DNA of 64,000 bases from Clostridia bacterium (GCA_017452785.1 JAFTLT010000045.1:757-64756), one strand, 5' to 3'. Numbered from the stretch's first letter, positions 37,302 to 45,351 are shown. Translations and numbers: made by a program. The notes: generated by a model from the letters alone, not told the origin.

Positions 37302-38105
37302 ATGGCTGAAATAATCTGCCCTGTCTGCGGTGAATTGCTGACAGCAACAAACAGAACATATAAATGCAAAAACAACCACTGCTTTGATATGGCTAAGGAG
37401 GGCTATGTTAATCTGCTCACAGGCAAGCATAAGCCGGGCAGTGAAATGGGTGATAACAGAGATATGGCTCTTAATCGTCGTGAGTTTCTTTGTGAGGGCT
37501 ATTTTGATGCTCTTGTACACGGTATAATTGAGCTTATAAAGGAGCAGGCTCTCCCCCGCCCCGTAATTGCCGATATATGCTGCGGTGAAGGCTACTATGG
37601 TGACAGAATCAAAAACGAAATCGAATGTGATGTTTTCGGCTTTGACCTGTCTAAAGAGATGGTGCGCCTTGCATCCAAGCGAAAAAATGGCATAACCTAT
37701 TTTGTGGGTAATCTCTCTCATATTCCTGTCAGGGACAGCAGTGTAGACATTGCACTTCACCTGTTTGCACCCTTTCACGAAAAGGAATTCAGCCGTATAA
37801 TAAAGGATAACGGATATATCATCAGTGTGGTTGCAGGTGAAAATCACCTTTTTGAGCTTAAGGAGCTGCTTTATGACACACCCTATAAAAATGACGAGAA
37901 GCCACCTGAAACGGCAAATCTCACCCTTTTAGAGAAGCGTAAAATCACGGCACGGGTACACCTGAAAAGCAACAAAGATATAATGGCTCTTTTTAAGATG
38001 ACACCCTATTATTATCACACTAAGGATGAAGACAAAGCCAAGCTCACCGATATAAACGGTATGGATATAACAACCGAGTTTGTGTTGTTTGTTTACAGCA
38101 AATAA
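37302..38105 (+). CDS. rlmA: 23S rRNA (guanine745-N1)-methyltransferase RlmA-like
   Basis: N-terminal zinc motif CPVCGE...YKCKNNHCFDMAKEGYVNLL and SAM motif DICCGEGYY. Confidence 0.85.
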   Translation: MAEIICPVCGELLTATNRTYKCKNNHCFDMAKEGYVNLLTGKHKPGSEMGDNRDMALNRREFLCEGYFDALVHGIIELIKEQALPRPVIADICCGEGYYGDRIKNEIECDVFGFDLSKEMVRLASKRKNGITYFVGNLSHIPVRDSSVDIALHLFAPFHEKEFSRIIKDNGYIISVVAGENHLFELKELLYDTPYKNDEKPPETANLTLLEKRKITARVHLKSNKDIMALFKMTPYYYHTKDEDKAKLTDINGMDITTEFVLFVYSK

Positions 38106-38111
38106 ATATGA

Positions 38112-38160
38112 AGGGACAGGTTTCAACCGTGCGAAGCACACGGCGAACCTGTCCTCTTTT
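38112..38160 (+). terminator. Intrinsic terminator after rlmA
   Basis: GGGACAGGTT...AACCTGTCC stem followed by TCTTTT. Confidence 0.65.
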
Positions 38161-38172
38161 GCTTGTGAAATT

Positions 38173-38334
38173 TTATTTCATCTTCTTCTGATAGCTCTTG
38201 CAGAAATGGGGAATTGCAATAGCATCTGCGCTTGTCTTTTCGTGTGACACCTCAATCTTGTCAAGGCTGCACTTGTCGCAATCAACATGATATTCACATT
38301 CATTAACTGAACACTTAACGCCTTCGTTATGCAT
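38173..38334 (-). CDS. DUF1540 family small Cys-rich protein (53 aa)
   Basis: Sequence MHNEGVKCSVNECEYHVDCDKCSLDKIEVSHEKTSADAIAIPHFCKSYQKKMK. The C-x-V-x-x-C-x-Y/H pattern is typical of DUF1540. SD is GAGGTG. Below the track cutoff. Confidence 0.75.
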   Translation of the reverse strand: MHNEGVKCSVNECEYHVDCDKCSLDKIEVSHEKTSADAIAIPHFCKSYQKKMK

Positions 38335-38432
38335 AAATTTCACCTCACTTTTTTATGACGAGTAAACTCATCATGTAATGATAGTTTAACTCAAAAAGTG
38401 AGGTGTTATTCTTATAATTTTATTTTTTCAGA

Positions 38433-40385
38433 TCAGCGAAAAAAATCCATTACAAAATCAATGAGCTTAACTGCAATGTTATAAATTGTTGCAGCTGTGT
38501 TTCTGATGCCAAGCTTTTTAAGCAGGCTGCTTGCCTTTTCGCCAATAACCTCGTCGAGCTCCTTAGGCATATCAGCGTTAACATATGGCTCGCTTTCGTT
38601 GTACTCTGCCGCTTTACCGTTCATAAGAGTGAAATCAAAAGTTCTGTCACTGACAGGAGTGATTGTCTTATTCATAAATGAAATATTTATTTCAAAATTC
38701 TTTTTGCTTATTTCAGGAATTTCGCCTTCAAATGAAACTTCCTTGCTTTCACCGGGTGCAAGTGTGAAGGGTTCAAAGATGAAATCAAGACCGAGACCTC
38801 TTGCATTGATTGACATAACAGTTATATCATTTATAGCTGAGCAGTTGGTCACAACAAGAGTCTTATCAGCTGATGAGAGATAACCCTCTGTGCTCTTATT
38901 AAAGGCAGCATGCACACCGTGTGAGGGGTTCGTTGTCTCGTGGAACTGAGGATAACCTGCCATTGTGTGAGCGTCAAAGCTCTTGCTGCTGAGAAGCAGT
39001 GTGAACATAAGATTTTTTGTGAAGGGATCACTGATGGTCATTCCGTGATAATAGTTTTCAATAAACCATGTGTGGTGAGGAATATATGCAGTTGAGGCAT
39101 CCACTGTCATGCAGGGTGACACCTGATAATAGCCTGTGTCAACCTTCTGAGTATAGCCGTCAGCAAAACGCTTGCCAAATGGTGCTACAACTGCACCCGT
39201 TGCACCTGCTGTGGGGATAATAGCATCACTTGTTACTTCACCGCCACTGACGCTCTTTGCGTTATAGCCTGCCATAATATAGATGTTTGTGCCGATATCC
39301 TGAGCCTTTTTGAAGCCCTTGCCGTAGTAGTTTTCACCGTCAGGTGACATAATCTCATAGTGCATATAGTCGCTTTTTGCTATAAGATCTGCACTTTCAA
39401 CCGGGTCAAGAAGCTCAGCCTTAAGCTCTTCATAATGCTCAAGGGGAATGAAATCCCAAAGACTCTGCCAATACTGCACCACGCCGATAATCTGAGGCAC
39501 AAGCTCACCCACAATTGCATCAACAAAGCCTAACTGTTCAGCTTCAAGAAGGATATGATAGTCCTCCTCCCACTTCATGCCGTGCTCTATATATGTGAGC
39601 AGACCGTATTCGTCAAGCTTGCCGTTATTGCTCATAAGGTCATAAGCAAGGCTTGCACCGCCAAGAGCAGGAACTGTAAGCACTGCGTTATTTACTTTGC
39701 CCTCGTGACCATAAAGTGTGAGATATGTGCCTGTTGTCTGTCCGCCGTGTGAAACAGCAAGAAGATTAACCTTATCAACCTTATCCTTTTCAGCCTTGCC
39801 TTCGTTATGATGAGCAATTACATCATCAATAAATGCTCTCATTCTTCCGGCAATTTCAACGGGACCCTTACGGAAATCGCAGGTGAAAAGATAAAGGTTT
39901 TCGGCACCGATTTCTTCAGAGAGAATTGTCATCATTTCTGTTTCTTCGTTATGCTCACCATTCGGATAATTCTTTTGAATGTTTGCCCAGTTTGTTTCTT
40001 CGGCAGTGTTCAGATAGGTTGACAGCTCTTTTATACTTGAACCATCGGGATTGCAGCGAAGATTATCAAACAGCCAGTTAAAAGCTATGCCTACAACCTC
40101 AACTGCCGGTGAAATATCACCTGTTGCCACAAACTTTGCAGCGGCAGCAATAAGCTCTTCTTTGTATTCCTCAAGAGCCATCATAATCTGATCGCCTGTG
40201 TTGCCCCATGCGTGAATTTCCTCACCTGTTTCTTCATCAAAAAGACGGAGTGATGACGAGCTGTAGCCTGAAATCATGATAACAGGATATTTGTTGCCCT
40301 CATCTGCATAAACACCTGCAAAAGCAGCTGTGCTAAGTGAGAAGCACATAATAATTACAAGTAAAAGTGAAATAAGCTTTTTCAA
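38433..40385 (-). CDS. Secreted alpha/beta-hydrolase (lipase-like) with a C-terminal beta-rich extension. Downstream copy (2 of 2) of the tandem pair.
   Basis: Signal peptide, nucleophile elbow LLAVSHGGQTTG, and 650 aa collinear with the upstream paralog. Confidence 0.65.
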   Translation of the reverse strand: MKKLISLLLVIIMCFSLSTAAFAGVYADEGNKYPVIMISGYSSSSLRLFDEETGEEIHAWGNTGDQIMMALEEYKEELIAAAAKFVATGDISPAVEVVGIAFNWLFDNLRCNPDGSSIKELSTYLNTAEETNWANIQKNYPNGEHNEETEMMTILSEEIGAENLYLFTCDFRKGPVEIAGRMRAFIDDVIAHHNEGKAEKDKVDKVNLLAVSHGGQTTGTYLTLYGHEGKVNNAVLTVPALGGASLAYDLMSNNGKLDEYGLLTYIEHGMKWEEDYHILLEAEQLGFVDAIVGELVPQIIGVVQYWQSLWDFIPLEHYEELKAELLDPVESADLIAKSDYMHYEIMSPDGENYYGKGFKKAQDIGTNIYIMAGYNAKSVSGGEVTSDAIIPTAGATGAVVAPFGKRFADGYTQKVDTGYYQVSPCMTVDASTAYIPHHTWFIENYYHGMTISDPFTKNLMFTLLLSSKSFDAHTMAGYPQFHETTNPSHGVHAAFNKSTEGYLSSADKTLVVTNCSAINDITVMSINARGLGLDFIFEPFTLAPGESKEVSFEGEIPEISKKNFEINISFMNKTITPVSDRTFDFTLMNGKAAEYNESEPYVNADMPKELDEVIGEKASSLLKKLGIRNTAATIYNIAVKLIDFVMDFFR

Positions 40386-40397
40386 TTTGTTCTCTCC

Positions 40398-42362
40398 TTA
40401 TCTGTAAACAATCTTTGTCATCAGGTGAAGCACCTGAGCAAAAACATTGAATATATTTGAAGCAATTGCCTTTACACCTGTTTTTTCAAGCAGCGTGTTA
40501 GCTTCCTTCGGCAAAACATTGTCTATGTTTTTAGGATAATCTGCACCCACAAGCGGTTCATTTTCGTTGTACTGTGCCGCTTTGCCGTTCATCACAGTGA
40601 AGTCGAAGGTTCTTTCGCACACGGGAGTAACCTTGTTATTGAGATAGCTCACGGCAAGCTCAATATTTTTAAGGCTAACCTCAGGAATATCACCTTTGAT
40701 TTCAACTGACTTGCTCTCACCCGGTTTCAGGATAAAAGGCAGGAAGAAGAAATCAAAATCTGCACCGTAAACGCTGACTGAGCTGACAGTGATAACCGAA
40801 TCACAAGAGATATTTGTTATCACAAGCTCTTTATCCTGTGAGGAAACGAAGCCCTCTTTGCTACTATCAAATGCAGCAAAAACAACATGAGCAGGGTTTG
40901 TTGTGGCGTGGAACTGAGGATATTCTTTGAAAGAATTGACCGTGTAGCCCTCACCGTCTGTCAGAAGAAGCTTGCAGGCAAGTGAGAATGTGAAATCATC
41001 CTTATAGGTCATTCCGTGGTGGAAGTTTTCAATATACCATGTGCGCTCAGGCAGATATCCTGTTGATGCGTCAACTGTCATTGAGGGTGACACCTGATAA
41101 AAGCCTGTGTCAACCTTCTGAGTATATCCGTCACTAAAACGCTTGCCGTAAGGTGCAGCAACTGCCCCTGTGGCGCCCTCTATAGGTATAATAGAGTCAG
41201 AGCTTACAGGCATACCTGAAACAATCTGCACATCATATCCTGCTAAAATATAGATGTTTGTGCCGACTTCTTCAGCCTTTTTAAAGCCCTTGGCATAATA
41301 ATGTTCGCCTTCAGGTGACATAATTTCATAGTGAACGAAATCGCTTTGTGCAATAAGACCTGCATTCTTCACCGGGTCAAGGTTTTTCTCTTTCATTGCC
41401 TCATAGTATTCAATCGGCACAAAATCCCAAAGACTGCCCCAACAACCTAATATAGGCATACATTCCGGCAATAAAGCTTCTACCAATTCATCAAGGAAGC
41501 CTAACTGATTAGCCTGAAAGAAAAGATCAAGATCTTCTTCAATAATAAAGCCATGCTGCAAAAACTGCAGAAGCTCCGCATCATTAAAGTCGGCGTCACC
41601 GTTAAAAGCATCATAAGCTATGCCTGCACCACCAAGGGCAGGAACAGTGAGAATAGCATTATTTACCTTACCCTCATGGCCGTAAAGTGTAAGATAAGTG
41701 CCTGTAACCTGACCACCGTGGGAAAGGGCATAGATGTTAACTTTGTCAATCTTGTCCTTTTGTGCTCTGCCCTCGTTATGATATTCAATTACATCATCGA
41801 TATATGCTCTGAGAGAATTTGCAATTTCAACAGCACCCATACGGAAGTCACATGTAAAAACATAGGTGTTTTCCTTGCCTATTCTTGCACCGATGTCATC
41901 CATTATCTCTTTTTCTGCCTGATAGTCGCCTTCGGGGTACTTCTCGGCAAGATTTGCATAGTTGGTCTCTTCGGGAGTATGTACGTAATTATATACAGGT
42001 ACCGAAGGTGTGCCGTCATCATTACACTTCATATCAGCAAAAATTCTTCTGAAGCCGGCACCAAGTGTTGCTGCAAGCTCTGTTGCGTCACCTGTTGCAA
42101 AGAACCTTGCAGCTTGGGCAAGTATCTTTTCCAGCATACCGTCCTGAGCGCCTGCGGAAATCTGTCCGACGGCATCGCCCCAGACCATAACCTTTTCGCC
42201 CGTTACCTCGTCAATTTTATAATATGACGATGAAGTATAACCCGGCACCATAATTACGGGATACTTTGTCAGCTCTGCGTTTTCCTTTTCAGCAGCAAAA
42301 GCTATGGGGAAAGCACTGAAAACCAACAATAAGCAAAGTAACAACACTGTTAGTTTTTTCAT
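40398..42362 (-). CDS. Secreted alpha/beta-hydrolase (lipase-like). Upstream copy (1 of 2) of the tandem pair.
   Basis: Signal peptide, IYALSHGGQVTG, and long blocks identical to 38433-40385 (LTLYGHEGKVNNA.LTVPALGGA, YTQKVDTG.YQVSP.MTVDAST). Only a 12-nt gap separates it from the next gene. Confidence 0.65.
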   Translation of the reverse strand: MKKLTVLLLCLLLVFSAFPIAFAAEKENAELTKYPVIMVPGYTSSSYYKIDEVTGEKVMVWGDAVGQISAGAQDGMLEKILAQAARFFATGDATELAATLGAGFRRIFADMKCNDDGTPSVPVYNYVHTPEETNYANLAEKYPEGDYQAEKEIMDDIGARIGKENTYVFTCDFRMGAVEIANSLRAYIDDVIEYHNEGRAQKDKIDKVNIYALSHGGQVTGTYLTLYGHEGKVNNAILTVPALGGAGIAYDAFNGDADFNDAELLQFLQHGFIIEEDLDLFFQANQLGFLDELVEALLPECMPILGCWGSLWDFVPIEYYEAMKEKNLDPVKNAGLIAQSDFVHYEIMSPEGEHYYAKGFKKAEEVGTNIYILAGYDVQIVSGMPVSSDSIIPIEGATGAVAAPYGKRFSDGYTQKVDTGFYQVSPSMTVDASTGYLPERTWYIENFHHGMTYKDDFTFSLACKLLLTDGEGYTVNSFKEYPQFHATTNPAHVVFAAFDSSKEGFVSSQDKELVITNISCDSVITVSSVSVYGADFDFFFLPFILKPGESKSVEIKGDIPEVSLKNIELAVSYLNNKVTPVCERTFDFTVMNGKAAQYNENEPLVGADYPKNIDNVLPKEANTLLEKTGVKAIASNIFNVFAQVLHLMTKIVYR

Positions 42363-42509
42363 AGTTTTCTCTCCTTTTTTGGTTTACACTATATTTTACC
42401 ACTATAATAAAATTATTACAATAAAAAAATTTTAGCCACTCTCACAAAAATAAAAGGTCGGTTTTGTACAAATAGAACAAAACCGACTCAAATGTTGCAA
42501 AAACGAATT

Positions 42510-42746
42510 TTATTTCTTTTTCATTTTGGGGAGCACAAGGCAAATTGCCACTGCAAGTATTGCCAGAACACCTATTCCCGCAGGAATGAGATAGTCACCG
42601 TCATTGTCGCCTGTTGCCGGAACAGCAAGATGCATTAAATCGGCAGAGTCCACAGCAATAACCTGCAGAATAACTGCACCAACGCTGAGAATCATAAGAG
42701 CTGCCATAATTATACATATAACTTTTATCACACTTTTAGGCATCAT
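42510..42746 (-). CDS. 78-aa protein made of an N-terminal signal/TM segment plus an LPXTG-like cell-wall sorting signal
   Basis: Sequence ...AVDSADLMHLAVPATGDNDGDYLIPAGIGVLAILAVAICLVLPKMKKK: a VPATG motif, then a hydrophobic stretch and a basic tail. It has its own promoter and terminator. Confidence 0.55.
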   Translation of the reverse strand: MMPKSVIKVICIIMAALMILSVGAVILQVIAVDSADLMHLAVPATGDNDGDYLIPAGIGVLAILAVAICLVLPKMKKK

Positions 42747-42901
42747 AGTTTTTTACCTCCGAAGATTTATCCTCGTTATTTTACCACTTTATATGCCTTT
42801 GTGTCAACCTTTTATTTTAGTCATATGTATTGAAATTAACTCGAATTAGGTATATAATGATGTGGTTAGAATAAAAATTAAGAAAATGAGGTTGAAACAC
42901 T

Positions 42902-44371
42902 ATGAAGAAACGTCATATCATTGGCGGTGCTATTGCAGCAGCAGCTGCTGCAAATGCAGTTCATGCAGCTCTTTACACCCCCAAAAAGACAGAAAGTGAA
43001 CCCCTCCCGCAGGAAGATGTTAACGTTCAGCGTTACCGTGAAAACCTTTCAAAGGCTATTCAGTGCAAAACTGTTTCCTATAGAGAGAGTGAAAGAGTTG
43101 ACTGGGCAGAGTTTGAGAAGTTCCACAAATTCCTTGACGAGGCTTATCCTCTCATTGCCAAGACTCTTGAAAAGGAAATCGTTCCCCCCGCAAACCTTAT
43201 CTATCGTTGGAAGGGCACAAGAAGCGACCTTGAGCCCATAGCTATGCTTGCTCATCAGGACGTTGTTCCTATTTCAGCAGGCACAGAAGAGGATTGGACA
43301 CACGATCCCTTCAGCGGTCATGATGACGGTGAATTTATCTGGGGTCGTGGCAGCGTGGATATGAAAAACCACCTCATCGCTGTTATGGAATCAGTTGAAG
43401 CACTTCTCGAAGACGGCTATGTGCCTGAAAGAGATGTTTATCTTCTTTTCGGTGATAACGAAGAGGTTGTTGCTAACTCCGACAACGGTGCAAAGGATAT
43501 TATGCTCACTCTCAAAGAGAGAGGCATCACTCTTGAAAGCATTGTTGACGAAGGCGGTGCAATGATTCCCATTCATGTTCCCGGTGTGCTTGAACATAAG
43601 TTCCTTGCAGGTGTGGGCGTTGCTGAAAAGGGTTATTCAGATATCGAAATCGTTGTGAATGCTAAGGGCGGTCACTCATCACAGCCTCCCGTACACACAG
43701 CTTTAGGCAAAATTGCAGGAGTTATCAAAGACCTTGAGGATAATCAGTTCAAGGCATATCTCAACGAAAATATGAAGAGTCTTTTTGATGCTATCGGCAG
43801 AGAGTGCTCATATCCCGTGCGTCTTATCACATGCAATATGCCTCTGCTTCATCCTGCTATCATTGAGCTGTCAAAGCACATTCCTTTCCTTGCTTGCCTG
43901 ACACGCACAACAACAGCTGTAACAATGGCACAGGGCAGCCCTGCAGCAAATGTTCTTCCCCAGCGTGCAGCTATCACAGTTAACTTCCGTGCAATGCCCG
44001 GCACAACCAAGCAGGATCTTATCGACCATATCCGCAAAGTCTGCAAGAATAAGGATATTGAAATCAATGTGCTCAATTCAAAAGAGGCATCTTCATTCTC
44101 CCCCACCGATTCAAGAGCTTACGGCATCATCCGTGATGTTACCAAGTCGCTTCAGAGTGGCGCTATTGTTGCTCCCTATCTTGTTATGGGCGGCACCGAT
44201 GCATATAACTATGAGCCTATCTGCAAGAATATCTACCGTTACGCTCCCTTTGAGCTGACAACAGAGCTTCTTCGCTGCACACACGGCACAAACGAGAGAC
44301 TTCCCATCAACCTTATGGAAAACGCACTCCTCTTCTTCAAAAACTACATCAGAAGAGCAAGCGCAGAGTAA
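42902..44371 (+). CDS. M20/M25/M40-family metallopeptidase (carboxypeptidase-like)
   Basis: LAHQDVVP, GRGSVDMK and DEGG metal-ligand motifs; 489 aa. Confidence 0.8.
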   Translation: MKKRHIIGGAIAAAAAANAVHAALYTPKKTESEPLPQEDVNVQRYRENLSKAIQCKTVSYRESERVDWAEFEKFHKFLDEAYPLIAKTLEKEIVPPANLIYRWKGTRSDLEPIAMLAHQDVVPISAGTEEDWTHDPFSGHDDGEFIWGRGSVDMKNHLIAVMESVEALLEDGYVPERDVYLLFGDNEEVVANSDNGAKDIMLTLKERGITLESIVDEGGAMIPIHVPGVLEHKFLAGVGVAEKGYSDIEIVVNAKGGHSSQPPVHTALGKIAGVIKDLEDNQFKAYLNENMKSLFDAIGRECSYPVRLITCNMPLLHPAIIELSKHIPFLACLTRTTTAVTMAQGSPAANVLPQRAAITVNFRAMPGTTKQDLIDHIRKVCKNKDIEINVLNSKEASSFSPTDSRAYGIIRDVTKSLQSGAIVAPYLVMGGTDAYNYEPICKNIYRYAPFELTTELLRCTHGTNERLPINLMENALLFFKNYIRRASAE

Positions 44372-44448
44372 TTTCGTAATCGCGGGATAGTTTTGATAAA
44401 GCAAAAACTTTTTTCCCGCCGCTTGCAGCAAAGCAAAATTTAAACTAA

Positions 44449-44494
44449 GAATATCCATCTGTTCCTTTTGGGTTCAGGTGGATATTTTGTTTGT
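44449..44494 (+). terminator. Intrinsic terminator after the M20 peptidase gene
   Basis: GAATATCCATCTG...CAGGTGGATATT stem followed by TTTGTTTGTT. Confidence 0.7.
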
Positions 44495-44499
44495 TAACG

Positions 44500-44530
44500 A
44501 AAAAAGCAGCCATCTGCAGGTGCAGACGGC
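44500..44530 (-). terminator. Intrinsic terminator after the 26-aa mini-gene
   Basis: Minus-strand GCCGTCTGCA..TGCAGATGGC followed by TGCTTTTTT. Confidence 0.65.
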
Positions 44531-44573
44531 CGAAATTATTATCCTTTATTATAAATATCCGAGCATAAATCAG

Positions 44574-44654
44574 ATTAAGCAAAGAGAGCCTTAATCCACT
44601 CGATGAGCTGCATAAGATGGTCGAGACCAAACATTGTAACTATTTTTTCCCACA
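44574..44654 (-). CDS. Unannotated 26-aa leaderless amphipathic peptide
   Basis: Sequence MWEKIVTMFGLDHLMQLIEWIKALFA. GGAGGA lies 7 nt before the ATG, with a promoter at 44709-44737 and a terminator at 44500-44530. Confidence 0.55.
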
Positions 44655-44708
44655 TATTAATTTCCTCCTTTACTGCTTATTTAAGGGATGTTTTTCCTTA
44701 CAACTGAC

Positions 44709-44737
44709 ATTGTATATTAAACTTCACTATTTGTCAA
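44709..44737 (-). promoter_or_regulatory. Sigma-A promoter of the 26-aa mini-gene
   Basis: Minus strand: TTGACA, 17-nt spacer, TACAAT. Confidence 0.55.
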
Positions 44738-44850
44738 TAAAATATAAACATTTTTAATTATTTGTGCAAAATAACCTCACATTTATTACACCTTCGGTGT
44801 CTTAAACACAACATATTGCGTTATTTTGTTTTATTGATCACTGTATATAG

Positions 44851-44880
44851 AAAAAACAAAACCCGCCACTAGGGCAGGCT
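44851..44880 (-). terminator. Intrinsic terminator after the 36-aa mini-gene
   Basis: Minus-strand CCTGCC-ctagt-GGCGGG followed by TTTTGTTTTTT. Confidence 0.65.
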
Positions 44881-44913
44881 TTGTCTATTAAACAATTGTT
44901 TAATCGCGATAAA

Positions 44914-45024
44914 TTATTCAGCGTCTTTAAGGTTGCCGTTTTCATCCTTTTCGATGCCAAAGATTGCAAGAAGCTTGTAGATGAATTCCCAAAGCATTGC
45001 GTACATATCTTCAAATACCTGCAT
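44914..45024 (-). CDS. Unannotated 36-aa leaderless aromatic amphipathic peptide
   Basis: Sequence MQVFEDMYAMLWEFIYKLLAIFGIEKDENGNLKDAE. GGAGGA lies 8 nt before the ATG at 45024. An in-frame ATG at 45039 lies inside the SD region, so it is less likely. Confidence 0.6.
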   Translation of the reverse strand: MQVFEDMYAMLWEFIYKLLAIFGIEKDENGNLKDAE

Positions 45025-45077
45025 TATAGTTTCCTCCATATCAAGATTTGAAAGAGTATTACCTCTAACTTGATTAT

Positions 45078-45106
45078 ATTATATATCAGCCATAGATAAA
45101 TGTCAA
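45078..45106 (-). promoter_or_regulatory. Sigma-A promoter of the 36-aa mini-gene
   Basis: Minus strand: TTGACA, 17-nt spacer, TATAAT, with an AT-rich UP-like region shared with the next cassette. Confidence 0.65.
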
Positions 45107-45144
45107 TAGTTTATTCAAAAAATTTTAATATTTCACTTTAACAT

Positions 45145-45170
45145 GAAGAAAAAGCCACCCGAAGGCGGCC
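45145..45170 (-). terminator. Intrinsic terminator after the 30-aa mini-gene
   Basis: Minus-strand GGCCGCC-ttcg-GGTGGCT followed by TTTTCTTC. Confidence 0.65.
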
Positions 45171-45205
45171 TTTTCTTTTTAAACAATTGTTTAAACTAGT
45201 TAAAA

Positions 45206-45298
45206 TTATTCTGCATCCTTAAAGTATGCGAATGCCTTGTAAAGATATTCCCAGATTGCCTGCCATACTTCTTCAAACTTTGCGAAAAATTCAGCCAT
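45206..45298 (-). CDS. Unannotated 30-aa leaderless aromatic amphipathic peptide
   Basis: Sequence MAEFFAKFEEVWQAIWEYLYKAFAYFKDAE. GGAGGA lies 8 nt before the ATG, with a promoter at 45352-45380 and a terminator at 45145-45170. Confidence 0.6.
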   Translation of the reverse strand: MAEFFAKFEEVWQAIWEYLYKAFAYFKDAE

Positions 45299-45351
45299 TA
45301 TAGTATCCTCCATATTTAGATTTACTAAGAGACACCTCTTAATATGCTTAT

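Noticed and set aside
37263-37847. 194-aa ORF on the minus strand
   Set aside because: It overlaps rlmA, which has an unambiguous zinc ribbon and SAM motifs on the plus strand. There are no translation signals.
41553-42227. 224-aa ORF on the plus strand (and similar ones at 39555-40022)
   Set aside because: It is antisense to the lipase-like paralogs. The minus-strand frames are conserved between the two paralogs, while this frame is not.
44914-45024. An EF-hand or dockerin-like calcium loop (DENGNLKD) in peptide P36
   Set aside because: It does not fit the D-x-[DN]-x-[DN]-G-x-[ILV]-x-x-x-E spacing (Leu sits where Gly is required). The motif is absent from the other family members.
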